Below, in pieces: positions 13,955-28,219 of a DNA stretch of 64,000 bases. The stretch's first letter is position 1, and each line of letters begins with the position of its first letter. The translations under genes were made by a program, and so were the position numbers. Under the pieces are notes generated by a model. That model did no database searches and was not told the origin of the DNA. It was given only the letters and a program-made list of their open reading frames with translations. The stretch covers positions 21,082,001 through 21,146,000 of the forward strand of contig NC_087436.1 of NCBI RefSeq assembly GCF_036321535.1, read 5' to 3'. This DNA is from Camelus dromedarius. Taxonomy: Eukaryota.

Positions 13955-14470
13955 TTGTGTAATTAAAGTATACAATTCAGTGGTTTTTAGTGTATGCACA
14001 GTATATGCAGCCATCATCACAATCTAATTTTAGAATATTTTCACCCCCCAGAAAGAAACGCATACCCATTGGTAGTCACTCCCATTTTCCTGCACCTCAC
14101 CTCCCCACCCTAGGCCCTGGCAACCCCTAATCTACTTTGTCTCTGTAATTTTGCCTCCTAAGGACCTTTCATATAAATGGAATCATACCATATGTGGTCT
14201 TTCTCTGTCTTCCGTCACTTAGCCTAATGTTTTCAGGGTTCGTCCATGTTGTAGCTTGTATCAGTATATATTTCATTCCCTTTACAGAAAAGTAATATCC
14301 CACGGTGTGGATAGGCCACTTTTTATTTATCTACTCATTAGTTGATGGACATTTGGATTGCGTCCTCCACTTTGGGGCTATTATGAATAATACCGTTAAG
14401 AACGTTCATGAACATGTTTTTGTGTGGACGTATGTTTTCATTTCTCTTGGGTGTATACCTAGGAGTGGAA
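13955..14470 (-). mobile_element. Old L1 (L1MB-like) 3' fragment
   Basis: ttaaagtatacaattcagtggtttttagt...ccctggcaacccctaatctactttgtctct...tacctaggagtggaa. Confidence 0.8.
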
Positions 14471-15387
14471 GCCTTCCCCTCAGCTTTGAGAACCCAGGGC
14501 TTCTTGATATCAGCTCTCCTTGGTGCCTTGGGGAAATCTTTTTTTTTTTTTCCCAGTAGGAAAAGTAATAATGATTGCCAATTGATAGGAAAGCAATTGA
14601 ATTTCTTTTGAAATTATATTTAGGCTTAGGCATTTTCTGAGTATGCACCAAGGAGTTATTTTCAAGTTTATAATTACGATGGGGTGAGAAGTGTGTAGTG
14701 TAATACGTTAGAGACAGTCAGTAACCCAGGCTTGTGATCTTTTTTCTGAAGAGACTTCACAGCTTCAATAACAGTTGTTACAAGTAATATTGGTCATTAA
14801 TATGAGGTGGTGTCCATGAGCGAGGGGGTGTGGGAAGACTCAGAAAATTTGACATCAACAAACTGACCAGAGTTTTACTTTCCTATCAATACAAGTGCAT
14901 GTATTATGAAGCAGAATACAAAATCCATAGGGAATTTTAAAGATATCTCAGACTTTAGAGGTCATAGCCATAGCCCCAGGTCCTGTTCCTTGCCCCTCCT
15001 CAGGACAGATGCACTCTCTCTGCCCTTTGGATTATTTTGGTGTAAGTTTTGAGAAGCACTGATGGAATGAATTTAATTTTTTCAGGTAGTTTTGACATGA
15101 CTTCAAAGTAATTTATGTGTCATTTCCTGGATGGAGTCCCATAGAACTGGTTATGAAAAAGGGTCATATTGAAAAGAAAAAATATTCTATTCTGTTTTTA
15201 AATATGTTTAAGAAACAATGGGTTTAGCAAAGGTAGGGTGTCTTTAATTTAAAACTTCTCAGATGGCAGAGAATTCTCTTTTGCTCGAAATAAAAGACCT
15301 AGAACTCCCTGGACAACCTTTCAAACTGTGATTTCTATCAGTGGCCCTCAAGCCTGTAGAGCATTTTGCCAAAGTTACACCTTTGCC

Positions 15388-16705
15388 TTTTTTTTTTTTT
15401 TGGTTTATAACAGCACATATAACATTATATAAGTTTTAAGTGTACAATATTTTGTTCCTATTTCTGTATACACTGCAGCATGCTCACCACCAAAAGCTTG
15501 TCTCTATCCATCACCATACAGTTGACCCCTTTTACATATTTCACCCTCCCCTCACCTCCTCCTCCCCTGGTAACAGCTACTCTGTTCTCTGTATCTGTAT
15601 GCTTGTTTTTATTTGGTTTAGTTTGTTCAGTTTTTTATTTTTTATATTTCACTTATGAGTGAAATCATACAGCTTTTGTCTTTCTTCGTCTAACTTATTT
15701 CATCTGCATGTCTTCTTTAGGAAAATGTCTATCGATGCCTCTGCCCATTTTTCAATCAGGTTGCTTGTTTTCTTCTTGTTGAGTATTTTCAACTCAACAA
15801 GAGTTGTGTAAGTGCTTTATATATTTTGGATATTAACCCCTTATCAGAGATATGATTTGCAAATCTCTTCTCCCATTCAGTAGGTTGTCTTTTTATTTTA
15901 TTGATGGTTTCCTTTGCTATGCAGAAGTTTTTTAGTTTGATGTAGTCCCATTTGTTTATTTTGCTTTTATTTCCCCTACCTGAGGAGACATCCAGAAAGA
16001 TATAAGACTAGTGTCAAAGAATGTACTGCCTGTATTTTCTTCTAAGAGTTTTATGGTTTCATGTTCAACATTCAAGTCTTTAATCTATTTTGAGTTGACT
16101 TTTGTGTATGATGTGAGATAGTGGTCTAGTTTCTTCCTTTCCTATGTGGCTGTCCAGTTTTCCCAACACTATTTACTGAAGACACCATTCTTTCTCCATT
16201 GTATGTTCTTTTCTCCTTTGTTGTAAATTAATTGTCTATGTATGGATGGATTTATTTCTGGGCTCCCAGATCTGTTCCACTGATCTATGTGTCTGTTTTT
16301 CTCCCAATACCATGCTGTTTTGATTATAGCTTTGTAATAGAATGTGAATATATTCCATAATGTGATACCTTCAACTTTGTTTTTTTTTTTTTTCAGGATT
16401 GCTTTGGCTATTAAGGGTCTTTTGTGGTTCCATATAAATTTTACAGTTTTTTTGTTTTATGTCTGTGAAAAACGTCATTGAGATTTTTATGGAGATTGCA
16501 CTGAATCTGTAAATTTCTCTAGATAATGTGGACATTTTAACAATGTTAATTCCTTCAGTCCAGAAGTACAGACTATCTTTCTGTTTCTTTGTGTTGTCTT
16601 CAATTTCTTTCAACAATGTTTTATAGTTTTCAGTGTGCAGAGCTTCTACCTCCTTGGTTAAATTTATTCCTAGGTATTTTATTCTTTTTTGTGATTGTAA
16701 ATTTT
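15388..16705 (-). mobile_element. L1 fragment (3' UTR plus ORF2 piece) with an internal deletion
   Basis: Minus-strand ORF 16371..16616 (KEIEDNTKK...INIVKMSTL...IYRFSAISIKI) is decayed L1 ORF2. Poly-T tail at 15388. Confidence 0.88.
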
Positions 16706-17989
16706 TTTTTTAATTTACACCTTTAACTTTTATTTCAAAAGGTAAGTTGACTGAAACACTTAGTTAGAAATCATCCTAAATGTTAATTTTGGTGCACTGA
16801 GAAGAGATTCATGAAAAAGTACTCTCTAAATTTAAACACTCCGATTTTATGAACCTCTGAATACAGTTTGTCCATCTGCAATGTTTCTCTTCCCTCATTT
16901 TGTCATGTGTGATGGAGTTGGACTTGGTCATGCCCTTTCCTTTACTGTTTCACCTGAGCTATTTTCTGATAAAATGGCTTCACGCTGGCAGACACATTGT
17001 CTTTGATTCATTAAGCATGAAAGGGTAATTTTTTTTTACATAATTTCACCTTTCATGCTTTAAATTGATTTTCCTTTGCAGTTCCAATTTTTCTTTCCTG
17101 TGAATTCATTTGTTAGGAAAAGAGACCTAAGTAGGAGATGGCTGGTGCATGGTATAGTCGGAATATCTGGAAGGCATCTCTGACAGTCAGAATTCTACAG
17201 AGCCTGTATATCCCAGCCACAGCCTTATGCCCCTAGGACTCACTTACCTGCCTGAACCACCTAATGTGGAAATGGAGGGAACAGCTCCGCTGTGACTATT
17301 CTCATCAGTCATTGCTCCTCTGTGCTGGCTCCCATTCCTCCACTTGTAATCTCTCTTTAACTCCAACCTGTTTCCTTACCTGGCCCAACATTCTCTGTGC
17401 ACAGTAGTGTGGCATAAGAGCACGGCATAATAGAACATAGGTTTGGATATACTATTTCAAGAGTTGTTGTTTGGCAAGTTCAGGAAGGTTGAGTCTTCCT
17501 TTTCTTTGGGCAGGAATTCCAAATGCCAAGAAAATCGGGCCAGTCCAGATTATTGGGCCGGCATTGCTTTATTCACAGTTGTTTAGGAAGAACCTGGTGT
17601 ATACATCATATGGTAAAATCTATAAACCACATTTAATACGAAGCAAGTGTAGCTAGAAGATTGGAGGGAACTGGATTTGCCCTAATTTATCTCTTCCTTT
17701 TATCTTTACCAATAATCATTTTATTACTTTTCCATTACACTTCAAGTTACTAATGTTACTGTGAAGACAAACATTTGTTGTACTAATTCTATTTAAGTCA
17801 ACAGTCCAACTACAGCTCAGCTGTTAGACATTGTTTAGCTTGTTTAAAAATTCTTACTTCTTGTACCTTCTACTGAAAAGAGCTTAATTTAAAAAAAATT
17901 GTTTACCATTCTGGTAAACAAAAGAAGAGAGTCTATACTTCCAGAATTACTTAATAGGCACATATAATCCTTGTGACAATATTTGCTGC

Positions 17990-18104
17990 GTAATTAAATT
18001 ACCTGAGGAGTTTTATAAAACCTCAAGTATATTCCCAACCTATTAAATACTCTGATTTAATTTGTCTGGGGTAAATCCTGTACATCAATATTTTTAGTAA
18101 CTCC
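17990..18104. mobile_element. MER5-like hAT MITE fragment
   Basis: aattacctgaggagttttataaaa...tctgatttaatttgtctggggtaaatcctgtacatcaatatttttagtaactcc resembles the MER5A core. Confidence 0.55.
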
Positions 18105-18480
18105 TTCCCCTTCCCATGTATGTTGCTCTATGCATCTCTTCCATCTGGCTCTCCTGTTATATCCTTTTGTAATAAACTAGTAACCTAGTAAAATGTTTCT
18201 CTCATTTCTGTGGGCTGCGTAGCAAATTAATCAAACCTAAGGAAGGGGTTTGTTGGAACCTTCGATCTATAGAAGGTTGATCAGAAGCACAGGTGACAGC
18301 ATGTGAGGGTGGAGGTAGGGGAGCAGTCTTGTATGACTGAGCCTTTAACCTGTGGGATCTGATGCAATTTCCAGCTAGATAGTGTCAGATCTGAGTTGAA
18401 TGGTTGGACATCCAACTAGAGTCAAAGAATTGCTTGGTGGTGTTGGGAAAAACACGCAATGGAATTAGTGTCAGAATCAT
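18105..18480 (+). mobile_element. MER21-like LTR, 3' portion
   Basis: tatgcatctcttccatctggct...tatccttttgtaataaac...taacctgtgggatctgatgc; directly homologous to 22540-23000. Confidence 0.75.
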
Positions 18481-18577
18481 AAAAAGCATGCATAGTCTTT
18501 ACCTCCAACTCATAAGATCCAAAGGGACTGAATGGAGTTTATTTCTATGTTCAATTTCATTTGTCAGCTTCATTTTC

Positions 18578-19920
18578 CTTTTTTTAAATTGAAGTATGGT
18601 CAATTACAGTGTGTCAATTTCTGGTGTACAGCATAATGTCCCAGTCATGCATATAGATACATATATTTCTTTTCATATTCTTTTTCATTAAAGGTTATTA
18701 CAGGGTATTAAATATAGTTTCCATGCTATACAAAAGAAATTTGTTTTTTAACTATTTTTAAATATAGTGGTTAACATTTGCAAACCTCAAACTCCCAAAT
18801 TTATCCCTTCCCACTCCCTTTCCCTGGTAACCATAAGATTGTTTACTAGGTCTACGAGTCTGTTTCTGTTTTGTAGATGAGTTCATTAGTGTCCTCTTTC
18901 CTTTTTTTTTTTTTTTTTTTTTTTTTTAGATTCCACATATTAGTGATAGCTATGGTATTTTTCTTTCTCTTTCTGGCTTACTTCACTTAGAATGACATTC
19001 TCCAGGGACATCCATATTGCTGCAAATGGCATTATTTTTTATGGTTGAGTAGTACTCCATTGTATAAATATACCACAACTTCTTTATCCAGTCATCTGTT
19101 GATGGACATTTCAGTTGCTTCCATGTCTTGGCTATTGTATGTAGTGCTGCTATGAACGTTGGGTGCATGAATCTTTGCGTTAGGGTTCCCTCCAGATATA
19201 TACGCAGTGGGATTTCTGGGTCATATGGTAAGTCTATTTTTAGCCTTTTGAGGAATCTCCATACTGTTTTCCATAACAGCTGCACCAAACAACATTCTTA
19301 CCAGCAGTGTAGGAGGTTTACCTTTTCAGCATTTATATCGTTTGTGGACTTTTGAATGATTCTGACTGGTGTGAGGTGATACCTCATTGTAGTTTTGATT
19401 TGCATTTCTCTGATATTTAGTGACATTGAGCACTTTTTCATGTGCCTATTGGCTATTTGTATGTCTTCATTGGAGAATTGCTTGTTTAGGTCTTCTACCC
19501 ATTTTGGGGTTGGGTTGGGTTTTTTTTGTTAAGTTGTATGAGCTGTTTGTATATTCTGGAAATTAAGCCTTTGTCAGCCTTTGTCAGTTCCATCATTTGC
19601 AAATATTTTCTCCCATTCCATAGGTTGTCTTTTTGTTTTGCTTATGGTTTCCTTTGCTGTGCAAAAGCTTATCAGTTTAATTAGGTCCTGTTTGTTTATT
19701 TTTACTTTTATTTCCTTTACCTGGGTAGACTGCCCTAGGAGAACATTGCTAAGATTTATGTCAGAGTATAGTTTGCCTATGTTTTCTTCTAGGAGGTTTA
19801 TAGTGTCTTATCTTATACTTAAATTTTTAAGCCATTTTGAGTTTATTTTTGTGTATGGTGTGAGAGAGTGTTCTAACTTCATTGATTCACATGTGGCTGT
19901 CCAGTTTTCCCTACACCTGC
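18578..19920 (-). mobile_element. 5'-truncated L1, about 1.34 kb, with TSD
   Basis: Perfect 13-bp TSD cagcttcattttc at 18565-18577 and 19921-19933. ORF 18983..19288 ([20 protein letters not shown]...[22 protein letters not shown]) is the L1 ORF2 C-terminus, frameshifted. Confidence 0.95.
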
Positions 19921-22107
19921 CAGCTTCATTTTCTATTGTTCATTATGGCCTTTAGAATTCTTATGTTTTTTTCTTTTCTTCTAATGTCAGGAAAAAGCCC
20001 ATTTGAATGAATAGCTTTGTTATTTTTTAAATTACGCCTTTATGGCACACCAGAAAAACCATATAACCAAGGAAACTCAACATTTGAAATTAAGCACAAA
20101 ATGGTGAGATGCTATACACAGCTGGGGACTTACACAGAAGTAGAAAACATGGGAAAAACCTTTTGTTTGTTCCTCAGAAACTAAAAAATGTAGCTGTAAG
20201 AACTAGACCATTGAAATGAAAATTTAATCTGCGCTCAACTGATTTCTTCTGTATAAAACAGCCTATGTCATCTTCACCTCCTTCTCCCCCTTCATCCTTT
20301 AAGAAGTAGAGACAGAAATTACTTTCTCACAAGTCAAAATATTTTCTGATGCTCTCCTTGGATGTACACAGTTCCAATTAACGTAGAAGCGAGATCTTTT
20401 CAAGGGTCTGATCAACAACTCATTAATAAAAGAAATAGATTTATAGCATTTTATGTGACCACTTTACTAACAGTATCCACTGAACTGAAAGCTAAATTAC
20501 TCTCTGTTAGCAAATGAATTTTAAGGCACTCCCCACGCCTCAGCTGCAGCATCCTGTTCTGTGCCTCGGCATTTCCACATCCCCATCAAGGGCATTGGGT
20601 GATGCCAGTGAAACTCTGGACCATCTTATCTCCTAGGGCAGTCACTGAGTATTTGAGAATTGCCATGTTGGTCTTTTGTTATGTGTTTCCACCTATCCCC
20701 TCAGCTCCTACAGTGTTCTTAGGAAATCAGAAGTCTGTATCTTTCTTGATTCATGTACAGCAAGCCAAATGCTTTAAGAAATTCAATTAACAATAGTTAG
20801 AGAAACCATCTAATAGATGAACCATTAACTATTTGCCTGTAAAGTCTGTGAAGAGTAAAACTAGCAACACTTTTAAAAGGGAAAATGGGATGTGTTTTAA
20901 AAGCCACTTGAGGAATTTGCTGTTTCTGAAGTCTTTGTTTAGCACTGTGGACTTACTCATCTGTGCTTCTGGCAAAAAAAAAAAGAAAAGAAAAGATAGA
21001 ATTTAAATAGTAGGCAATATAGAAACATGGAAATTATCAAAAGAGATGCTCAGACCACTGCAGTGATAAAAAAAAAAAATGAGCACTGAGTTTATTGACA
21101 TGGCAGGAAAGGAAAAACACACCAGTTAAGAAATTCAGAGTGGTTCCCTGGGAAGAAGAGTCAGGGACCAGTATATCCCAGAAAGAGGAAGTTCATCGTG
21201 ATTATGCTATTTAAGGACTGCACGCAGCAGCAGGTGGAATGATTTCCTGGTACTGATATTATAGATAAAACAAGTCCCACTGTTCAGAGACCATGGAAGT
21301 CTCTTCATTTGGGTCTGATAAGGGTCGAGCACATCAAAGTCACTGATTATCTTTGGCTGGTGGGAGCTTTAAGTTCATAGCAGTTTATCCGCTATGGCTG
21401 GTTAGAAACAACTGTGGCCGGTACAGCATCCAGTTTTGATATCTCTTAGGCAAGAGCTGCTGCAAGTGGAAAGTTCTTTTGCAGTCCCCTCACCCCCCAC
21501 TGACAAAATGAGGTGACTATAAGATAGGCAAATTATCCAGTTTTCAGGTCTATGTCACTATTTTGATGAGGGGGCTAATTACACACAATGTCTTGGTCTT
21601 TATCAGTCATTCTGAACTCCTTTTGTTGGAGAATCATCAGACATGTGAACTGATGGAACAGTGACTCTGGGATAGCATTTGTGACTTTGTTAGCAATTGA
21701 CATGACAACAGCAATGATTAGGAACAAGGATAGTAACAGCATAACTCATCTGTATGGAATACCACCAACTAGCTTCCTTTTGTGCCATGAATGGTGTCCA
21801 GAGGAATGCAGAGGTTTCTAGAAAGCTGAATGCTGATCAGAAGGCTGTCTGATGAACAACATGAGCAGAGCATAGGAAGATCATAGGGTGTGGACTATAA
21901 GTGTGACTAAAGAGAATTTAGATTCAATGAGTTGAAAGTTGCTCCTGCAGATCAGATATGACTGTTAAAATTTTCATACCAGGAAGACAGAACCTACCAT
22001 TGCAATAGAATCCGTTTAGAATTCTGTAGTGAAATTTAACAGGCATGGAATCTCACTCTTACAGTTTTTTTTAATAAATAGCATTTCCTTGTTTTACTAC
22101 TGCAATA

Positions 22108-23045
22108 TTATGGTTGGTAAGAAGTATGTATTTGGTCATTCAGGTAACCAAAATACATTTCTCCTACATATTTGGTCTTCACCCACAGATCCTGGCTCAC
22201 AGCTCTCCTAAGTGTTGAGAATGATGTGAATGGAGTGTCTTTTGGAAAGTACCTAATAATGGGGGATGGTTGTCAGGAGAACCAACCAGATGATGAGAGG
22301 GTTGGAACTTTCGGTCTTACTGCCACTGCCACCCCACCCTCCCCTAACCCACTGCCCCTGGGGAGGAGAGAGGGACTGGAGGTTGACTCAGTCATCAGTG
22401 ACCGATGATTTAATCAATCGTGCCTATGTAATGAAGCTTCCAAAAGGCTTGGGTTCAGAGAGCTTCCAGGTTGGTGAACACATGGAGATTTGGGGACAGT
22501 GGTGCTTCTGGAGAAAGCATGGAAGCTCACAGCACCCTTTCCCCATACCTTGCCCTATGTGTCTCTTCCATCTGGCTGTTCCTAAGTAACATCCTTTTGT
22601 AATCACCAGTAATCAAGTAAGTAAAATGTTTCTGAGTTCTATGAGCTGCTCTAGCAAATCAGTCAGATCTGAGGAGAGGGCTTGGGAACCTGTTGAGTTC
22701 CCTGGGAATTATAACCTGTTCATCAGAAGTACCAGTAACAGACTGGCTTCTGACTGGTTTCTGAATTGAGTTGCCAAGGAAGGGGGTTGTCAGAATTTTC
22801 AATCTATAGCTAGTTGGTCAACAGCACAGGTAACAACAGACTGGCATCTGAAGTGGGGAAGGTGGGAGTAGGGGCAGGCAGTCTTGTAGGACTGGACCCT
22901 TAACCTGTGGAATCTGATGCCATCTCTGGGTAGATAGTATCAAAACTGTGAATTTTTGCACACCCTGCTGGTATCTGAGAATTGCTTGGTGTTATGTGGA
23001 AAGCCATCACCCTCTACATGTTAGAACTGGGTCCAGGAACCTAAT
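22108..23045 (+). mobile_element. MER21-like solo LTR
   Basis: gaaccaaccagatgatgagagggttggaactttc...gatttaatcaatcgtgcctatgtaatgaagc...cttgccctatgtgtctcttccatctggctgttcc. Homologous copies at 18105 and, reversed, at 44835. Confidence 0.78.
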
Positions 23046-23708
23046 TTAACTATCGTAACTAAAATGAAAACTTGGCTCTACTTTGTAAGACTTAAGATTC
23101 GTAAGCCACAGAATTTTAAGTTCAGACAAACAATGAATTCTTAGCTCCAGAAAATACACCAGGATATATATCCCAACACAACATTTGATGTAATGCTTGC
23201 TAATGCATCACTCTTGCAACTCACGTTTTTCCTCTGTAGCATCTTTGAATGGATGTTAGGTATATTTTATATAAAAACACTCCTAAGTCTTTGTATTATA
23301 TTTCTAATCTTTTCTACCATTTTGAAGAAGTTCTGAATGTTCAATTGGTTTTATAAACAGAGATTTATTTTTCTTTTCCACCCATTAAGTTTTCTTTCAT
23401 GATTGATCTGATTTTAAAGAATCCTGACAGCTCTCTGGCAAATTAGCTAGCAGTAAAGTGTTTTCTCTCTCTCACTGGGGAAGGGGAAGGATTCTCCCTA
23501 CAGAGAGTTTCTGCTACAAAACCTGTGTGCTAAATACTTCTGACTTAATTAAAACAAGCAAATGAAACAGGAAGACAGGGTCTGAATGTGTAAATATGAT
23601 GATAAGTAACTATGGCAGGACATGTTAGGAGATGCCTGAATCTAGAAAAGTTTTAGAAAAGTTTAATGTATAAGAGAAAAAAGAGGTGGAGGGGAATATC
23701 ATGGTGAC

Positions 23709-24700
23709 TGTATTAGACAGAGTTCTCCAGAGAAACAGAACAGTAGGAGGGATGTGTGAGAGTATGTGTGTGTGTGTGTGTGTGAGTGAGAGAGAGAAAA
23801 AAAGAGAAACAGAGACAGAGATGGAGATTTATTTATTGGCTCACACAGTTGTGGGACTGGTGAATCTGAATTTGCAGGGAAGGCCAGCAGGCAGGAAGCT
23901 TAGGCAGGGGTTTCTCTGTTGCAGTCTTGAGGCAGAATTGCTTCTGCCTGGGGGAAAGCTCCATCTGTGCTCTTTCTATCTTCAACTGATTGGATGAAAT
24001 CCACCCATGTTATACTTCACTTAACATCAACTGAATAGCAGCACTATTTACAATAGCCCAGACATGGAAGCAGCCTAAATGTCCGTCAAAAGATGAATGG
24101 ATAAAGGTGAGGTGTATATATATACATATATATGTGTATAAATATACATATATATAGTGGAATACTATTCAGCCATAAAAAAGGATGGAATAATGCCATT
24201 TGCAGCAACATGGATGGACCTAGAGATGATCATACTAAGTGAAGTAAGTCAGACAGAGAAAGACAAGTACTATATGATATCACTATATATAGAATCTAAA
24301 AAAAATACAAAAGAATATATTTACAAAACAGAAATAGATTCACAGACATAGAAAACAAACTTATGGTTACCAAAGGAGAAAGAAGGGATGAATTTGGAAT
24401 TTGGGATTAATAGATATACATTACTATATATAAAATAAGCAGCAGGGACCTGCTGTACAGCCCAGGAAACTATACTTAATATCTTGTAATAACCTATAAT
24501 TGAAAAGAATCTGAAAAAGCATATATACATATATATAAAACTGAGTCACTTTGTTGTACATCTGAAGCATGTAATAAATATTCTTTAAGTCAACTGATGT
24601 CTTAATCACATCTACAAAATCATAGCAGTATCTAGTCTAGTGTTTGACCAAACAACTGGGCACCATATTTTGGCCAAGTTGACACAAAATTAACTGTCAT
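23709..24700 (-). mobile_element. MLT2 (ERVL) LTR interrupted by an L1 3' end
   Basis: Starts tgtattagacagagttctccagagaaacagaac and ends gccaagttgacacaaaattaactgtcata, the MLT2 termini. Contains a (GT)n(GA)n tract. Confidence 0.8.
24035..24585 (+). mobile_element. L1 3' end inserted in MLT2
   Basis: ORF 24157..24351 (MEYYSAIKKDGIMPFAATWMDLEMIILSEVSQ) is the ORF2 terminus, followed by 3' UTR. tcaactga is duplicated on both sides. Confidence 0.9.
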
Positions 24701-27700
24701 AGTGATGGTTCTGTCAAAAAGTTGTAATCATTCCTGAAGCAGATAGAAGTACCCTCACTTGATGAAAAGACAGTCAGGGTAAATCAGTGCCTCTTTCTTC
24801 GGCTTGATTACTAGGGGAGTTTAGAAGAGCTGGTAAGCAGTTCCAGAGACCACTGACCTCTTCACTCACCCCTAGCGAAAGTCCATGCTGTCACTGATGG
24901 TCTCACCAGCCTCCCTAAGTGCTGAGTTATCCTCTTCTGGGAGCAGACAATGTCAGCCTCCTAGAATCTCATGCACACAGGCTGCTTGAGAAGTCTCAAG
25001 AAGTATTTCTTCTCTTTTTCCCAGTGGTATTATTTCCAGTCTGCATGTTACCCATTACTGATGTGTAGATGGAAGTCAGTATCTGGGAAATTATGAAAAT
25101 AATAATTGTAGAAAGGAGAGTCTTGACAGAAATGGTATATTTTAATTCTTGATTCATGACTTCTGCCTGAGCCTGCCTGGAGAAACCAAAAAGCCACTTA
25201 CTCTGCTATAACTGTGGCAACTCCATGCTGGGCAGAGACAGGACCTTGGCTTAAGGGGCAGCCATATATTTGTTCTATAGCTTGGAGCATGCAGTTCATA
25301 CACTCTTAGTAGGAAAAAATTTCTTTTTCTTAAAGCTCCAAGAAACACTTTTAAAAAGAAATTCTATGCTTTCCAGATTGGGCTTTTATTTTGTTATTTA
25401 AAAAAAAGAGCAAAATTATGGAAATGATTGCTACTGCTGTTATTATTATGCTCACTTAGAACCATGGACCCAAAGACCAGAAATGACTTTGGAGGTCATG
25501 CCCATTTTTGTTTCTTTGTTCAATGAAAGATGTGAAAGATTTACCTTGAGATTTTATCACAAACGTCAAGGGAACTGCTAGGTGTGATTCCAGCGGTGGG
25601 ATAAAGACAAAGAGTCAATTAAGAAACCACTTTGTAGATGCTGCTTATTAAATAATCATTCTTTCTGTTTTAAATTTTAAAAGAGAGACTGTCTACAAAT
25701 ACTAACTAGTCTTCCAGAATCTGGAAAGAGCTCATATATACACAAAAAGAAATAGAAACACAGGAGAGGCAGATACCTGGAAGAGGGGCCAGACACAAGA
25801 AAGAGAAGGAGTTTTTGGAAAGCACACACACACACACACACCAGGAAGGGAATAAGAGTAAAGGAAAGACACAGAGAGACAGGACACCTAGACTATCCCA
25901 TGTGTGTTTGGCCCTGTGTTTGTGTTACAACATTTCTTTCCATGTTAAATGTCCCCTGATCATTATCTAATACTATCCTATGTCAAATTATGCAGCAGCG
26001 TCATTCATAAAATAATACATATAATCCAAAGGCGTCAAAACAACTTGTGTTTTAATAAAATATATCTTAAGTGATTTTTAAACTGATTTTTCCTCTGCCA
26101 TTCATACAGGCAGTATCTGGGGTTCAGTCTGTCGTGAACCTATTAGCTGTGACCTCTTCTGCCATTTTTTTATTCTTGCCAATCCATTGCATCATTCAAT
26201 TTCCATTTTCCTTAATGGCCCATAAGATTTATGAATTTGACATTTGATCACTTTGGTGGTACCCACTGGGATCGTTTAGAGCTTGTGCTATTAAAAAAGG
26301 CATCTTTCTTTTGAGAAAATGAATATTCTACCTGAGAGTTTGTAAGTTGAGTGGAAGCTCTTCATTTACGTAGCAATTGCTGATTTGTGGTCTGGCAGAA
26401 AGGAATTGCTGACAAGTAGAATGCTTCCCCTGGAAAGAAAAGCTCAGTGTATACTCTTCGTCTGATACGTGCTTGCCAAGAACTAGGCTGATGACATCTG
26501 TCAGCTCCCTGGCTTGATCATTTTTGTAAAGTGCTGATGAACAATGGAAATGATTACTACAGAGCTGGGCTGTGGTTTACTTTAACGTCCAACCTTCCCT
26601 CCCTAATTACTGTTTTGTCAAACCTCAAGAAGAACTTCAATCAGAGGTCATCCTCCATTCACTTAGAGGTTTGTTGGATGGCTCCAAGGTTTGGCCAAGC
26701 TCACTTACAAAAGTGTGTCCAATCTGGCCTTTGATCAGTAGAACACAAGGCTTCCCTTTGATTTCCTTTTCTTCATGTGGACCTTCAGGTGGCTCCTCCT
26801 TTTCTCACATTTACCAGTCAAATTTCTCTTGGAGCTGACTCATATCTTCTTTGAGCATACTAGGTATGTAAGTTGGGGTGGGATGTAATATTTATCTGTT
26901 TCTTCTTAGGAGAATAAGTGATTCTGGGTGTTACACCCACTATTTCAGAGTCTCTTGATACTGACATTAGCCTAGCCCCACTGGGAGCTGTGCCCTGTTG
27001 CTTGGCACCTGTAAGGAACTGCAGGGGCTTGGTTTGGTAAGGGGTCACGTCTTCCCAAGGTGTGCAGTGTATTAGGGTTTTAAAAGACATAGTCCTTTTC
27101 CTCCTCCCTTCCTTTCTTTATCTCATTTCTAATGTCAACCAAGCACAAACTTACATGACCAGTGTTACGGGATCAGTTTCTAAAACATGAGAGGAATGCT
27201 GGACCATGGGGAAAAACTTAAATAATAGGTACTCTGGAAATGTAAAGCATTGTTTGATCATTTTTAAAAAGATTTCTCTAGAATAGGGCCCTCAGATGAA
27301 AAGAGGGTTTCTCAGCCTGTACACAGTATTCTGTGGAAGAAAAGCTGCAAGCTAAGAATCTAAAGCCTGGCGTGCCGGTCCTGGCTCTGTTTCTAACTAG
27401 AATAAAACCCCGGCGTTATACTGTGATATTACTACATTTTTTGAACCATTATCCACATTCTTATGAAACAAGGTCACAGAAGTAATATATTTACAGATTG
27501 TACATAAGTTAAATTATTAGCAGTGCTCATTTTATTCTCTAAAGCTACATTTAGGTCAGATTTTTCCTCCAGGAGATATTATTCAGCAGGTACTCATTGA
27601 GTCCCAGTCATTTGCTGGGAAGCGTGCTACGTGCTAGGGACTGCTCGATGAAAAGACACAAGCAATCGGCTCCCAATATAGAAAGAGAGTCAGACGTGGG

Positions 27701-27804
27701 GACAGTTAACTGCAGTACCGTGAGAGGCACTACCAAGGAAAGATGTGCATCAGGGGCAGAGGTGAGCCACTGCCCAGGGAAGTTTCATCAAGAAGCAATG
27801 CCCA

Positions 27805-28019
27805 GGGGGTGGAGGGATAAATTAGGAGTTCAGGATTTGCAGATACTAGTATATATAAAACAGATAGACAACAAAGTCCTCCCGTACAGCACAGGGAACT
27901 ATAGTCAAAACCTTGTCACAGCCTGTAATGAAAAGGAATATATATATGTATAACCAAACCACTCGGCTACAGGAAACTAACACAACATTGTAAATGGACT
28001 GTAATTCAGTTTTTAAAAA
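27805..28019 (+). mobile_element. Short L1 3' end with TSD, inside an L2-like relic
   Basis: 15-bp TSD aagaagcaatgccca at 27790-27804 and 28020-28034. Confidence 0.9.
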
Positions 28020-28219
28020 AAGAAGCAATGCCCAATCTGGGCCTTGAAGGATGAATAAGGGTTTTCAGAGCTGATTTCAGAAATAGCACCACGAGCTTGG
28101 CAAACCGCGCATAGCTTAGTGCAGTTAGCTTCTAGACTCCAAGGCAGCAGGAGAGTCGGAGATGATGGAGAGGTGGAGAGGACCCAGATCGTGGCGGGCT
28201 TTGCATATTTCTTAATTTA

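Noticed and set aside
21060..21640. Possible additional LTR on the minus strand
   Set aside because: It has an LTR-like texture (tttatt near the start), but I could not define termini, a TSD or a family.
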